A stretch of 32,341 nt of DNA from Diploschistes diacapsis (lineage: Eukaryota). A program made the position numbers and the translations under genes. The notes beneath the pieces are model-generated. The model did not search any database, was not told the origin of the DNA, and saw only the letters and a list, made by a program, of their open reading frames with translations. Positions 10,461-22,124 of the stretch are shown here, piece after piece; position 1 is the first letter of the stretch, and each line of letters opens with the position of its first letter. Where the stretch lies: contig JALAIB010000104.1 in NCBI GenBank assembly GCA_023645945.1, forward strand, positions 1 to 32,341, in the 5' to 3' direction.

Positions 10461-10647
10461 CTTTGAGGGCCGCAACGATTTTTTTTTCTTGATACTAGGA
10501 AGTAGGCAGAGAACGGGTCTCCGCGAAAAGGTAAGCGCGCAAGCGGCAAAACCTTCTTCTCGACTCTCACAACAGGAGTCGGCCAGGAAAACATTGATAC
10601 AGTAGAAGGCAATAAGGATTGCAATCTTTCGTGCGATGCCGTAACGC

Positions 10648-13349
10648 TCAACTGAAACGTAAACCAGATGCAGGCGTCCATGTGCCACCCTTGGGAGGAA
10701 CCGGATACCGAGCATTATGGGGATCGGCGGCCTCGTTCTGCGGTTGCGGAACCGGAACATTGGCGAACTTGATGCCCATTTCTGGCGACCACATGCCCGC
10801 GGCCGGTGGAGGAGGAGCAGCCTTCGCTCGTGTCGGCATTGGTGCCGTCATCGGCTCGCTTGAAGAGGCTTTGGTGGCGTTATATTGCGAGCGCAGATGT
10901 TCCCTCTCTTTCTGGTCCTGCAGAGCGCTCGTTTGCGCCAACGACATTGAGGACATGGCGTTTGGTAGATCGCTATTCGTTAAGTTTAGTCTGGCGAGCT
11001 GCAAGAAGTGCCTGCAAATCTACTTACGTTTCAATCTGACGGGCCTCCATGCGCCTCTGGTAGCGGAAGTCCCGGCATTCGTCCCTGAACTTGATGACGA
11101 TCTTTGTTAGGTCATTGTAGAATTTACGGCCCGTGTCGACATTTGAAAGTATTTCCTTATATTTGAAATATGCGTTTTCGAGGCGATTGAGTGCCTGCTC
11201 CCGCTCTCTGCTCGAGGTGTCTCCTTTGCGAGCATTGGCAAATGCAGCGTTGGCTTCACGTAGCTGTACAGCAAGACGTTCTTGCTCTTCTTGCTCATCC
11301 GATAGAGACCTTTTGTCCTCGTCGTACTGTCGAAGACGCTGTTCGAATATGTTTTCAAATTGCACAGCCTCTATCTTCTGCATTGGGAACTCTCGCTCGA
11401 GGCGGGCTGTTTCGGCAAGCAGCACAGGGTCTGATACATGGTCAGTTGAAGTAGCTTACAATCAATTCCTTGTTCTCTCACTGATATCGTCCGCCTTCGC
11501 CTTCTCTCTTAACATCTCTGCTTTTCTACGCCGTCTGCTTTCAAGTCTACTGACTTCGTTTAGAATATTCCTCAACCTACTTGCCTCTTTTTCGATATTC
11601 GAGGGCATGAGAGAACGTCTAGAACTTGGAACGAATTCTTCCAGGTCACGCTCAGTACCTTCAAGTATCCTGATAGTATCCTCCCACTCTTTCAGTTTTA
11701 TCTTGACAAGTCGATCGCTGCTGTCTGCAGACTTGAGATAACCATCTATCTCGCCTGCTTGTGCGTATAGCTTTTCTGCAGCTTGTTGTCCATTCGGACG
11801 AGGCCAACGATCCGTGCCGTACTTCTTGCGCGCTTGGTCGTCCTCCGATGCCTCGGCCTCGAGTAGTGTTATTCCTTCCTTGTAGGTGGCACAGTCGTTC
11901 TCCTTCACCCTCTCGACCGCATGCATCGATGACCTCAAGAACCGCAGACCCTGTAGCTGGCGGACTTCTTCCGCATGAGCTATGAGAGAAGCTGGCAGGC
12001 CCAAAGGCTTTTCTAAAGCTTGCAACGAGCCTGGTAGGTTCAGCGATTGTAATAAGCTATACTCCGTTAGTCGTGCCCCAATACATACAGAACCATCGAG
12101 CTTACTCTTGTAGCTTATTCGTCATATTCTCCAGCTCGTCAATGACTGAAGAGTTGACAATGCGATCTCTTCGATCCGCGTAGATGCTAGCGGCAATATG
12201 AACAGCATACGGAACGAGTCTCGCAAAAAGTGGCTGGCCCAATGTGCCACGATCCCCAAGCGAGGACGATGGGTCTGCAATATCACTTGGCTTCTTCGAA
12301 GTGGCCATAGAAGCTCGATCGAGTGACCTCAGCTCGGACTTTGGGGGAACGTTGGCAAGATAGATCATGTCATTATCCCGCTCAGCCCTTTTGAGATCTT
12401 CTGTAACTCGCATCTTAAGACCGTTCAGATCTGCAAGGACGACCTTATTGATCCACTTTGATTCTTTCAACGCTTCGTTCGCGCAGACCACGCTGTCTCT
12501 CAAGCGAGCAACCTCTTCCCCGTATTTGCGCTTCTCCATGCAATCGCATGCAGCTCGATATTGGGCCGCCGCAGCAAAATGATGGTGCTTCGCAGACATG
12601 TGATGAATCCATTCGGTACTGACAGTATCCGATCTTGTTCCGTACTCGGCGGCCTGATCATAGAAGTCAGAAACCTTTGCAGCCAGTTTGGCTATCAACG
12701 CATCTTTGTAGCCGTTCTTGATCGCCATAGACCAGGAGCACTCCTGGGCTTGCGCAAGCAGCAGCTGTTGCAAGGACTCCAGAGTCATGGTGTCCATGTC
12801 CTCCGGTGGCGTGGACCGCATGTCTGGTACAATGTCCGTTTTTAGATACTCAACCACCCCAGAAGCTAGGCAAAGATAATTGTTAGCAGCTTTCAAACCT
12901 TCAGTAGTCGTCCTGTTGAGAGAGTAGGCGAGCTGCGAGTACAATGCTGCCAGGTTGAAGAGGATGTTGGCCAACTCGAACCGCAGATTACTCTCCGCGA
13001 CGGCGGTCTGTGTGTTGAAGCCTAGTGCCGGATACCAGGCGAACTCGACGCCAATATCGATTGGAAATTTTCCACCTATCCAGACGAGCTGTGCCGCGTA
13101 CGACGCAATCTTCCTTATACCACTGACATGAGGCTCGAGAACCGTCACAGCCTCCATCCGCAGACTGTCTATGGTGTCCAAGTCCTGCTTGAACATATCC
13201 GGGTGCTGGTCATAGTTCTTGGAGATGTACTGCTTGAGCGATTCTTCGAGCGAGACGGAGTGGGTTCTGCGGAACGGAATGGCAAGAATGTTCCTGATCG
13301 TTGTGTCAACAAATGCTTCTCCCATCTCGGTAGATACTAACGATCCCAT
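10648..13349 (-). CDS. palA: pH-response regulator PalA/Rim20 (BRO1 + V domain); exons 13349-13342, 13293-12106, 12056-11482, 11430-11028, 10972-10648
   Basis: MGSNILAIPFRRT, FELANILFNLAALYSQLA, LLLAQAQEC, AERDNDMIYL, LNLPGSLQALEKPLGLP, GRKFYNDL and C-terminal GMWSPEMGIKF / GTWTPASGLRF. Four GT-AG introns preserve frame. Confidence 0.93.
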
Positions 13350-13887
13350 TCTGCACAATGCTACTATGCAGAGCTGTCCCTATGTTCAATATTGACTTTC
13401 TCGAAGGTGGGGTGGGACAGAACTGATTTTGCGGGGCACGATGAGCTTCAAGCCATGGGAGAAGACCTCCAGCCCCTATCTCCAGATACTTTTCTTCAAT
13501 ATGGCCTTTTTCACGTAACTGTCTGCATCTGGCAGCTTGATGATGGAAGAGGGGACTTCGGGATTAATGAAAGACCGAGGAGCGAACATCTCGCACCGTT
13601 GTAAATGCCTTTAAGTAGCGAAGCATAGCGATGCTGCTACATGTGGCGTCAATGACGTGTACGGCTTGTGCTTTAGATCTGTACGGAGAAGATACATCTG
13701 CAAGGTAGGGGTTCAAGGGAACGAAAGCCCCTTGATATACGCCTCTTGCACATTTATATATAGATCGCGCGCCCTGCTTGAAACGAACCTATCCTTTCTA
13801 TGAACTTATCGCAATTCCCATTACACCCCCAATCAAAACCATCCCCAATCTCAACCGCCATCCCTGCCAACCCCCAAGCCAGCAACC

Positions 13888-15236
13888 ATGCCCCCCCTCC
13901 GTATCCTAATCGTCGGCTCCGGCATCGCCGGCCCCACCCTCGCCTACTTCCTCAGCCTCCCCTCCTCCCAAAACCAGCAGCAACAACAACAACAACAACA
14001 ACCGCCCTTTCACATAACCATCCTCGAGCGCGCCCCCAACCTCCGCACGGGCGGCCAAAACGTCGACGTCCGCGGCGCGGGCCTCGAAGTGATCCGCAAA
14101 ATGGGCCTCGAGGCCAAGATTCGCGCCTCCGTAACCGACGAGGAGGGACTGCTCTTCGTCGACACTAACAACAATATCAAAGCGACCTTTCCCGCGGACA
14201 AGACGGGGAAGACGCAGACCTGGTCGAGCGATATCGAGATACTGAGGGGCCGGTTGGCGGAGATCTTGTACGGGATGACGAACGGGAGGGAAGGGGTGGA
14301 GTATATCTTCGGGGAGACGATCCAGGCGCTGGAGCAGGAAGATGGGGGTGAGGGCAAGGTAAAGGTTAGGTTCGCCAAGGCGCAGGAGGAGAGGGAGTTC
14401 GATGTCGTGGTTGGGGCGGATGGATTGGGATCACGGACGCGAGCGTTGGCGTTTGGGGAGGAGGAGAGTCGCGAGTGGAGAAAGTCGCTGGGGATGTACA
14501 CGGCTTTCTTCGCCGTGCCCGGCGTGAAGACGGACGATAGCTGGTGGCGGTGGTACAATGCTCCTGGGCGACGGTGTGTAATGACGAGGCCGGACAATGA
14601 GGGGGCATTGAGGTGCTTTTTGAGCGTGGTCAAGGAAGACCCGAGACTATTAAATGTATTGCACAAGGGGATGAGCGCGCAGAAGGAACTGATGAAGGAA
14701 TATTTCACTGGGGCGGGGTGGGAATTGGAGAGGATATTGAAGGGTATGGAGGATGCGGAGGATTTTTACATGGACCAGGTTGCACAGGTGAAAATGCCGA
14801 CCTGGTCCAAGGGGAGGGTTACGCTTCTAGGGGATGCTGGGTAGGTTTACCTCCTGATATATGAATATGGGCTGATTTGGCACCCAGATACTGCGCCTCC
14901 CTCATTTCCGGCATGGGCACAACCCTCTCGCTCTGCGGCGCCTACGTCCTCGCCGGCGAACTGAAATCTCACCCAGACGACATCCCCTTGGCCTTGGCAA
15001 ATTACGAGAATAATCTTCGCCCGCTCGTCACGACGGCACAGAAGCTTCAGCCCGGTGCGCCATGGATCGTTAACCCAGAGACAGACTGGGGAATCTGGTT
15101 CATGAATAACGTACTGGGCTTCGTCAGCTGGAGCGGCATCATGAAGGTGGCGATGATGTTCGGCGCGGGACCGCCCGCGGGCGCGCACAAGCTGGAGGAT
15201 TATGGCTTTGGGGAGGTTCCGGCGGTGGGAGGGTGA
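13888..15236 (+). CDS. FAD-dependent (class A flavoprotein) monooxygenase; exons 13888-14840, 14888-15236
   Basis: ILIVGSGIAG (GxGxxG), DVVVGADG (DG motif), and VTLLGDAG/YCAS..SGMGT (GD motif) split by intron 14841-14887. Substrate cannot be determined from sequence. Confidence 0.9.
13975..14001 (+). repeat. (CAG)2(CAA)7 microsatellite encoding poly-Gln
   Basis: cagcagcaacaacaacaacaacaacaa encodes Q9 in the loop after the first FAD-binding helix. Confidence 0.9.
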
Positions 15237-15574
15237 TTGAGGATGATAATGATGATGATGCAACTGCGCACGCGGCCAGTGTCAGTATATGCCTCGAAGC
15301 GGGCTGTTAGAGAATCGGAAGCATGATGTATAAAGCGAATACCCAGATGATAGCTGTCGTTAGTAAATCCAGTACTGCTGGTTCTCCTCTCATTTTCAGA
15401 AGCCCTCCACTCGAGTAAATGATCACACTTTACACCTTCATACCGCTCGCCAGAACATAACGCTCCCAATGTCTCCCCCCACTCACCTGAACCTAGTCTT
15501 TATCACGGCTTCCCATTCTCATCCTCTCAAATGAGGCAGCACTCATCCTACTTTGTACAACCACTTCCCCCCTA

Positions 15575-16630
15575 TCACCCTTCCATCGCAGTCCTCACCC
15601 CCGTCTTAAACTATACCCTCACGGCACACATCAGCCAAAATTCCAGGACGGAAGCGACCTAGAAGTCCTTCCCATCCAAAAAGCGAACCACAACGAAAAG
15701 GGGTGGACCTGTGGGCGTCAACATACCGGCATAATGTTCGCTCCGCCAACATCCCACACCCCCGCCCTAGCATAAACATCCTCCTCCAGAACTTGCCGAA
15801 CCTCGGCCTCCGAGGACGCAGATACCAGCAACACGCTGCCGTTCATGGCGGGTGGGTCGGCGTATGGTGGGGAGGGGTGGTGAGAGAGGGTGGCGCCTGA
15901 GCGGAGATGGCAGGGCTGGTATCAACTTGTGTTCGGGGTCGGGGCTTTTCAGAGGTGGAGAGGAGATGTAAAAGGGAAGGGAGTGAAGCAGGAGGAAAGA
16001 GGATGGAGGATTTGTGGCGTGGCGGAATAGAGAGGAGGTGGGCAAGGGGGGAGGCGAGAAGGGAAGGGAAGGGAAAGAGAGAGAGGAAAGGGGAAGAAAA
16101 GGCCTACCGCCAAACGTTATTGTCCCGTCAGCGATTTTGGAGGTGAGGTCCGCGAAATGACTTCTGTTTAGACTGTATTAGTGTTTAATCGATTCTAAAT
16201 TTTATGCTGCGTCGACAATCATTGAACGTTGTGGTTCCAGCACATGAAGTGCTTTAATACACATAAAAGAGAAAAACCATAGTCAACTAGGGGTACATTA
16301 CGGAAAGTATAGGACACATCCAACAACAAACTTTAAAGCATCGATAAATTGGGCCCTCTCAAGATAATAACACGATATAAAAGAAGAGACGAAGAACCCC
16401 TACGCCCTAACCCTCAGCCTCTTCTCCAACGCTCCTTCGAAATCCGGCACGATGACGAGCCACTCCTTCTTCCCAGCGATGCCGGCCGCGGCGGTGGAGG
16501 ATGTGGACATCCTTCTACACAACGGCAGGACCGGTATTGGTGCTAGAGAGGGTGATATTATAGATCTCCTGGGGCACTTTGGAGCTGAGAATGGAGGTTT
16601 TGGGAGTTTGTGGAGGGTTCCGCGTAGCAT
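15575..16630 (-). CDS. YCII-related domain protein with probable mitochondrial presequence; exons 16630-16404, 16163-16108, 15896-15727, 15610-15575
   Basis: Spliced product ...KEWLVIVPDFEGALEKRLRVRASHFADLTSKIADGTITFGGATL...PAMNGSVLLVSASSEAEVRQVLEEDVYARAGVWDVGGANIMPFKTGVR has the YCII R..H, GG, GS and D.Y...GVW pattern. Three GT-AG introns in correct phase. Alternative ATG at 16510. Confidence 0.85.
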
Positions 16631-17041
16631 GGTATAAGGGGGTAGATCAGAGGAGGAGGATGTCGGAGTTTGCAAAGTATGGGATAGAGTGTTATCTTTA
16701 GTAACCGAACGGCTCCCTTATAACCCACCAGCCATAAACATTTTTTATATGTTACTTAAAATGCTTTCCCCTTTTTAAACCTAGAAAAAAGCTCTCACTT
16801 CGGAAGAAACCAGCGACACAAGCATTGATCCCGTAATGACACTTCAAACATTGCCACACTAGCGCCCTAACTATCCACCCATATTTGTTTGAAGAGTATC
16901 TCGGTTTCTTCCACCAAAAGAAACGTGCAATGGGCGCCCATAATGCGACACTCTATTCCAAGCAAGTCTTCTCGAAGTCTAATTGAAAGCTATGTACATG
17001 AATGCAGATCAAACCATCTAGCACATAGCAATAACGCATCT

Positions 17042-19137
17042 TCATGCACCGTTCTCATAATTCGCATTGTGCGTCTTAATCGCCCTCCCGCTCGGATCCG
17101 CCTGTTTCGACCACGTTGGCGTCCACCGCATGACCGTCGAGGCACAGTATGGCGGGAAATGCTCGTCGAACAGACACCTATACCAGTATGCCTCCTTGGT
17201 ATCTGGTATATCATTTCCCCATTCAGGCTTCGGGTGCTTCATTTGATCGTCCGTGACATGGAGCTCTGCCTGATCTTTGAGAGCGTCGATCCAGCCGTAG
17301 CCTACGCCGTCGCTGAATTGCTCCTTTTGTCGCCATAGTATCCCGTCAGGAAGGTAAGGCTCCACGTCCGGCTCATCGCTTGTATCAAAGGCCTTGCGGA
17401 GGATGTATTTCTCGATGCGTTCTTTTGTTATCATCTTTTCAGCAGGGTCAACGCTCATTGCGACATTCATGAACTAGAGTCTGTCAGTTTGGTTACTGAC
17501 ACCATGGGAAGGTTACATCACCTCTTTGTCTAGGAACGGCACGCGAGCTTCTACTCCCCATGCTGCTGTTGATTTATTGGCTCTCAGACAGTCTGCTGTA
17601 TGCAGATCCTTTACCCGTCTCACGGTTTCTTCGTGAAAAGCTACCTTATCTGGCGCTGCATGGAAGTAAAGGTAACCACCAAAAATCTCATCGCTTCCTT
17701 CGCCACTTAGAACCATCTTCACGCCCATGGCTTTAATCTTGCGACTAAGCAGAAACATTGGGGTTGAAGCGCGTATGGTCGTTACATCGTATGATTCCAG
17801 GTGAAAAATGACATCGGATAAGGCATCGAGCCCTTCTTGAATAGTGAAGGTAAAGGCATGGTGTTTTGTCTTGAGAAAGTTAGCGACTTCAATAGCAGCT
17901 TTGGTGTCCGGCGCTCCTGGAAGACCAATAGAGAAGGAATGTAGTTGTGGAAACCACTCCACTGTGGAGAGGTCATTAGAGTCATCGATGCCCACTAGGC
18001 CCTCGGGACCGTGATCACTGAAAGTCTGCGGTCTCTTCTCTGCACCTTCTCGCAATCTCCTAGTCTCTCTTTGGGCGATTGACGCTGTCAAACTCGAGTC
18101 CAAGCCACCAGACAGCAGGACCCCGTACGGCACTTCCGCCATGAGCCTTTTCCTGACTGATTTTTCTAATGTTCTTCGTATCAGCTTGTAGTCTAGTGGT
18201 GTTGTCGGTACTTGTTTTGGGTCCCACCATGATGGATCAAAATAACGGGTCGTTTTGCCGGTCTTTGAATCATAAACGTGGCCGGGAGGGAAGGAGATGA
18301 TCTTATCGCACACAGGGAACAAGCATTTCAGCTCGGAGGCAAAGAAAACTGCGTCAGGAGTCTGACTTGACCACCCTTGATAGAAGCTAGTAATTCCGAT
18401 CGGGTCTCTGGCTGCTATCAAGCGGTCCTGCTTCTTGTCGTACAACGTCCATGAGAACATGCCATCGAGCTTCTTCGGCGTATTGATGTCGTGTTCGGAG
18501 TACTGTCATGTTCAGCTTCAAGTTTAAGAGCTTTTCAATCGGCTAACCAGCGGTATGATGACTTCGCAGTCCGAATGTGTCTTGAACCTGTATGGACTCT
18601 TGAGCTGCTTCCGCAGCACCCTGTGATTGTAAATCTCTCCATTTACAGCTAGTATCAAAGTACTGTCGTCGTTGTATAACGGCTGTGCGCCAGTGTCTTG
18701 ATGGTCTTAGTATAAAGTCCTTAGCGTCCGCACCAATCACTTACCGACTCCTACGATGCTCAGACGCTCGTGCGCAAGGACTGGAGCCGCCCTTTAGCCT
18801 TTATCTGAGCTTTAACTATACCAAGGCCATACTTGTATCGTTCGCGATGTAATTTCCACTCCAGTCTGGCCCACGGTGCCGCGCGCTACGGAGTGTTGGC
18901 TTAGCTGTATTGGTCCCGAAGTTTCGGAAACGTGCCCAGAGCTTAACTTACGCTTTGACCATGCGCAAAGCTGTGGGTTTGAATTTCTGTACATCTGGAT
19001 GACTGGAAACGTGTTAGATTTCAGCCTGTCCGCTGGATTCTGCTACTCTCGGTACGCGACAGGTGAGGTGTGACTGTTTTAATTCAGACATGTTGTTGGC
19101 GCAGAACTTACCGATGGCAGGTAAAGATGCCGCACAT
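17042..19137 (-). CDS. ASN1: Asparagine synthetase (glutamine-hydrolysing); exons 19137-19112, 19002-18952, 18885-18833, 18780-18745, 18696-18548, 18502-17522, 17473-17042
   Basis: N-terminal MCGIF (Ntn Cys), [63 protein letters not shown] and DPSGRA. Six introns, one with an AAG acceptor. Confidence 0.96.
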
Positions 19138-19233
19138 AATGGGGATCTATCTAGCGACCAAACTTCCGGCTTTTTGCTTGCAGAAAAGGGACTTTGTCTG
19201 GAAGGAGAGCTATATCAGAAACTGCCAGTGGTT

Positions 19234-19240
19234 TGAGTCA
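19234..19240. promoter_or_regulatory. Gcn4/CpcA binding site
   Basis: Perfect TGAGTCA about 100 bp upstream of the asparagine synthetase ATG, a typical general amino-acid-control target. Confidence 0.65.
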
Positions 19241-19349
19241 CAAGGATTCCGTCGCCGATCTCGGCTAAAAAAGTTTGATAAAGGAATGCAAGGGCAGAAC
19301 CTTAAAGGCGTCGTATTCGTTAGTGGGAACCTATAGTGGGGGGCACTTG

Positions 19350-19365
19350 CTTATCGCGCGATAAG
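19350..19365. promoter_or_regulatory. Perfect 16-bp palindrome with paired GATAAG sites
   Basis: CTTATCGCGCGATAAG upstream of asparagine synthetase. Confidence 0.5.
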
Positions 19366-19718
19366 AGCCGCATCCTTGAGCTCGTGGTCCGTGCGTGACT
19401 TGCTTGATTACAAAGCCCTAATCGAATCTAAGCGATTTTATCAGACCCAGTAATGCGATTTCTTCCCTCCTCTCCTCTGTATTGGCACAAGCTTCATTTT
19501 AGCAAAAACTTCACTAGGTGGTGGTTGCCGCTCAATAAGACCAACGCCCATAGAAAATTGCTTGACTAAGGACATTTTCATCGTAGTGAAGGCATCTTGA
19601 CCGACTTGAGGTCTGCGAAGCTATAAAGCCCGTCACCTAAAAAAAGCCACCATGTGCATTGGTAATTGTACAAACCCTGGAATTGAGTATCCCTCTTTGC
19701 TAGAATTAGTTGCTTTTT

Positions 19719-20537
19719 TCACGTAGCTTCAATCTTCTTGCCTCGTACCACCCACAGCGGGTCGTGCCTCTGCAGCCCGAACCAGCCACTTCCTTTCCCT
19801 TTACCATCACAAAGAGTGACAATCTCCACATCCCGAAACCCAGACCACCACAAATAGTCACCAGCCATCTCCAACCTCTCATCTTCTGAAATGCGTAGCC
19901 ATCTCCCTACGGCCTTTGTTGGGAAGCATCGATTTGAGATCACAAGGTGTACCGAGCCTCCAGGTTTAAGATGTATGTGTACCGATGACAGAGCCTCGAG
20001 AGGTTTCGTAAGGTAGTCTATGCTCACCACGCAAGTTGCCGCATCAATGCTACCAACGCTTTCAGGAAGCTTCGGATCGATATTGAGATCCTGCAGGATT
20101 CGCACTTTGAGAATCGGATTGGCGTCCAGTTCGCGCTTGTTCATCCCTGCACCAAGAACCTCGAGCGAGTTGCCTGGCTCCGATTGCTCTTCACGAGCGC
20201 TAGCCACCGCCCGCTCCTCGAGCTCCTGTGGGAAATGACTTATCCAGCTGCTACAAAAATCGAGGATCCTTCCCTTCTGCGGCAGACTGTGCAGATAGTA
20301 TTCCCGAAGTAGCGATATGGCATTGTCATCAATATGTGTGACAAACCGTGGAGATGCGTAGAAGTCTGTGTCAGAGGTTTCGTCCATACGGAGGAGATCC
20401 CGCTCAGTGTAAGGGAATGAGGCATGGCGAGCTGTATATGCAACTGTGGGGTAAGCGGGCATTCTTGAAGAGGTGGCTATAGTGGACATCAAAGCTGGTA
20501 CAGCAAGTGTTCTCAGTAGACGAAAATGAAAGGACAT
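19719..20537 (-). CDS. Class I SAM-dependent methyltransferase-like protein (Methyltransf_11-like)
   Basis: RMDETSDTDFYASPRFVTHIDD, ILDFCSSWISH, GMNKRELDANP, VSIDYLTKP, SNRCFPTKA. Intronless; start uncertain (several in-frame ATGs). Confidence 0.82.
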   Translation of the reverse strand: MSFHFRLLRTLAVPALMSTIATSSRMPAYPTVAYTARHASFPYTERDLLRMDETSDTDFYASPRFVTHIDDNAISLLREYYLHSLPQKGRILDFCSSWISHFPQELEERAVASAREEQSEPGNSLEVLGAGMNKRELDANPILKVRILQDLNIDPKLPESVGSIDAATCVVSIDYLTKPLEALSSVHIHLKPGGSVHLVISNRCFPTKAVGRWLRISEDERLEMAGDYLWWSGFRDVEIVTLCDGKGKGSGWFGLQRHDPLWVVRGKKIEAT

Positions 20538-21232
20538 GGTCAATAGAGAAATGCAGCCTAGAGTTGGCAAGAAGAGAGAACTTAGTGTCTAAAGGAAGTG
20601 ATGACGTTATCAAGATATCGATCGCGCATTGCAACAAGTTGAAGTAGCATTGAAAACCTACTATTTCGTCTTTCCACTTGTAGAAGTCAATGATAGAAGA
20701 AATGGCGACAGATCAACATAATGTACAATTAGCAGAAGATCTACACGGGCATGAATGCATGTTGCAAGATAAGCGAACTGTCAGCGATCGGGGCTAGATT
20801 TCAAGGGCCATCCGTGGTGGGGCACGCGAGCTATTTGAAGTGCTAGGAATTTGGAGAAGCGATAATCAAGGCAATGGCTCTTCTAAGAAACCCAAGGACC
20901 AATAGATAGGACACCTGAATGGGCGCATAACGCTCCTGAATACAACCAGCAGTCAGTTTATAAAGCTGAGAATCACTGGCAGTGGCTTGCGCTTGTTGAT
21001 GCACAAGTCAAAAGAATCGAATTGAATGGTTAATCACATATACCATACTCATAAACGGCTAGCTTTCCGTGCCATCAGAGATTCATGACTCCCCTATTTC
21101 CATAATCACGCATGCAAATAGTTAAACGCCAGGTGACGCTTGGGTACCCTCCCAAGCTCTCCTCCCTCATCTGAGATGCTCCCGATTCTAACGCCGTTAC
21201 TAACATCTCACATTCAATATGATGTGCTTGAC

Positions 21233-21806
21233 TCAAGGTGCGGGGTTGTCTCGCACTACTGCCTTAACGCGCTTTTTGTATCCCTCTAAATCCTTCTTGA
21301 ACAGGTTGTAGGCCTCCGCTTGCGCTGGTGATTCAGGGTTGGGGTCGTCTAAGAGATCTTGGATGCCCAAAAGAATCTGCTTGATTGTGATAGCCGGCTT
21401 CCAGCCCTCCTCTTCGTTCAAGATGCTTAGGCAGACGGTTCCTGAGGGATAAACGTTCGGGTGGAAAAGAGGCGGGACGAATTTGCCTGTGACAATATCA
21501 GAGACGAAGCAGCGCAATTCTACCGATTGCGTACATTTAGGAGGCTTCGTAGGATACTCGTCTGGAAAGAGCACATCAAGCTTGAACAGGCCGCCCTCCC
21601 AGAGTGTCTTGTCTTTGCCCGGGATACCGCACTCCCACTTCTTTAGATCGAGGGTTCCATTTGCTCCTTTGGCAGGCCTAGCAAAGAAACCGAATGGGTG
21701 GTCTTTGCGCCATTGCTTGCTGACAAGTCCCATTAGGACTGGGCTTCAGATCATAGCTGGACGATACTTACCGCTCTTCGGCGAGGCGATTTTGGCAGAG
21801 GGACAT
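21233..21806 (-). CDS. UBC9: SUMO-conjugating enzyme E2 Ubc9; exons 21806-21772, 21719-21535, 21486-21233
   Basis: [61 protein letters not shown]. Introns 21771-21720 and 21534-21487. Confidence 0.96.
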
Positions 21807-22124
21807 GATAGTACTGAGGTAGATTTGAGAATTTACTCCTGGGTGAGAATTGCGTTAAGGCTTATGGTCGCAATTGAATTGCAGGAGGAAACTCCCAGGG
21901 CATTGGACGATATAAAATGCCAAGCGTATTCTAAACAGCCTTTAGCCTTGTTCTGTTATTAGTGCAGCTAAGTTTTCTGCTCATTTGCTTGGAGCAACTA
22001 TGGTACACGTGTTAATGGTCGGAGATAATGGAGGCTACAAACTCGCGGAAGCCCTTTTGCTGGTTTAGCGGGCCAGAAGGCGCCGGGGGCCACTTCAAAA
22101 CAGCCTGAGACACTCCCAAACCGA

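Noticed and set aside
14010..14708. 232-aa antisense ORF in the monooxygenase, and similar ones in palA (11133-11741) and PEX19 (28018-28647)
   Set aside because: Ser-rich mirror translations of real coding strands.
16404..16414. CCCTAACCCT telomere-like / telomerase-template-like sequence
   Set aside because: It lies within YCII exon 1 (codons for RVR) and is under two repeats.
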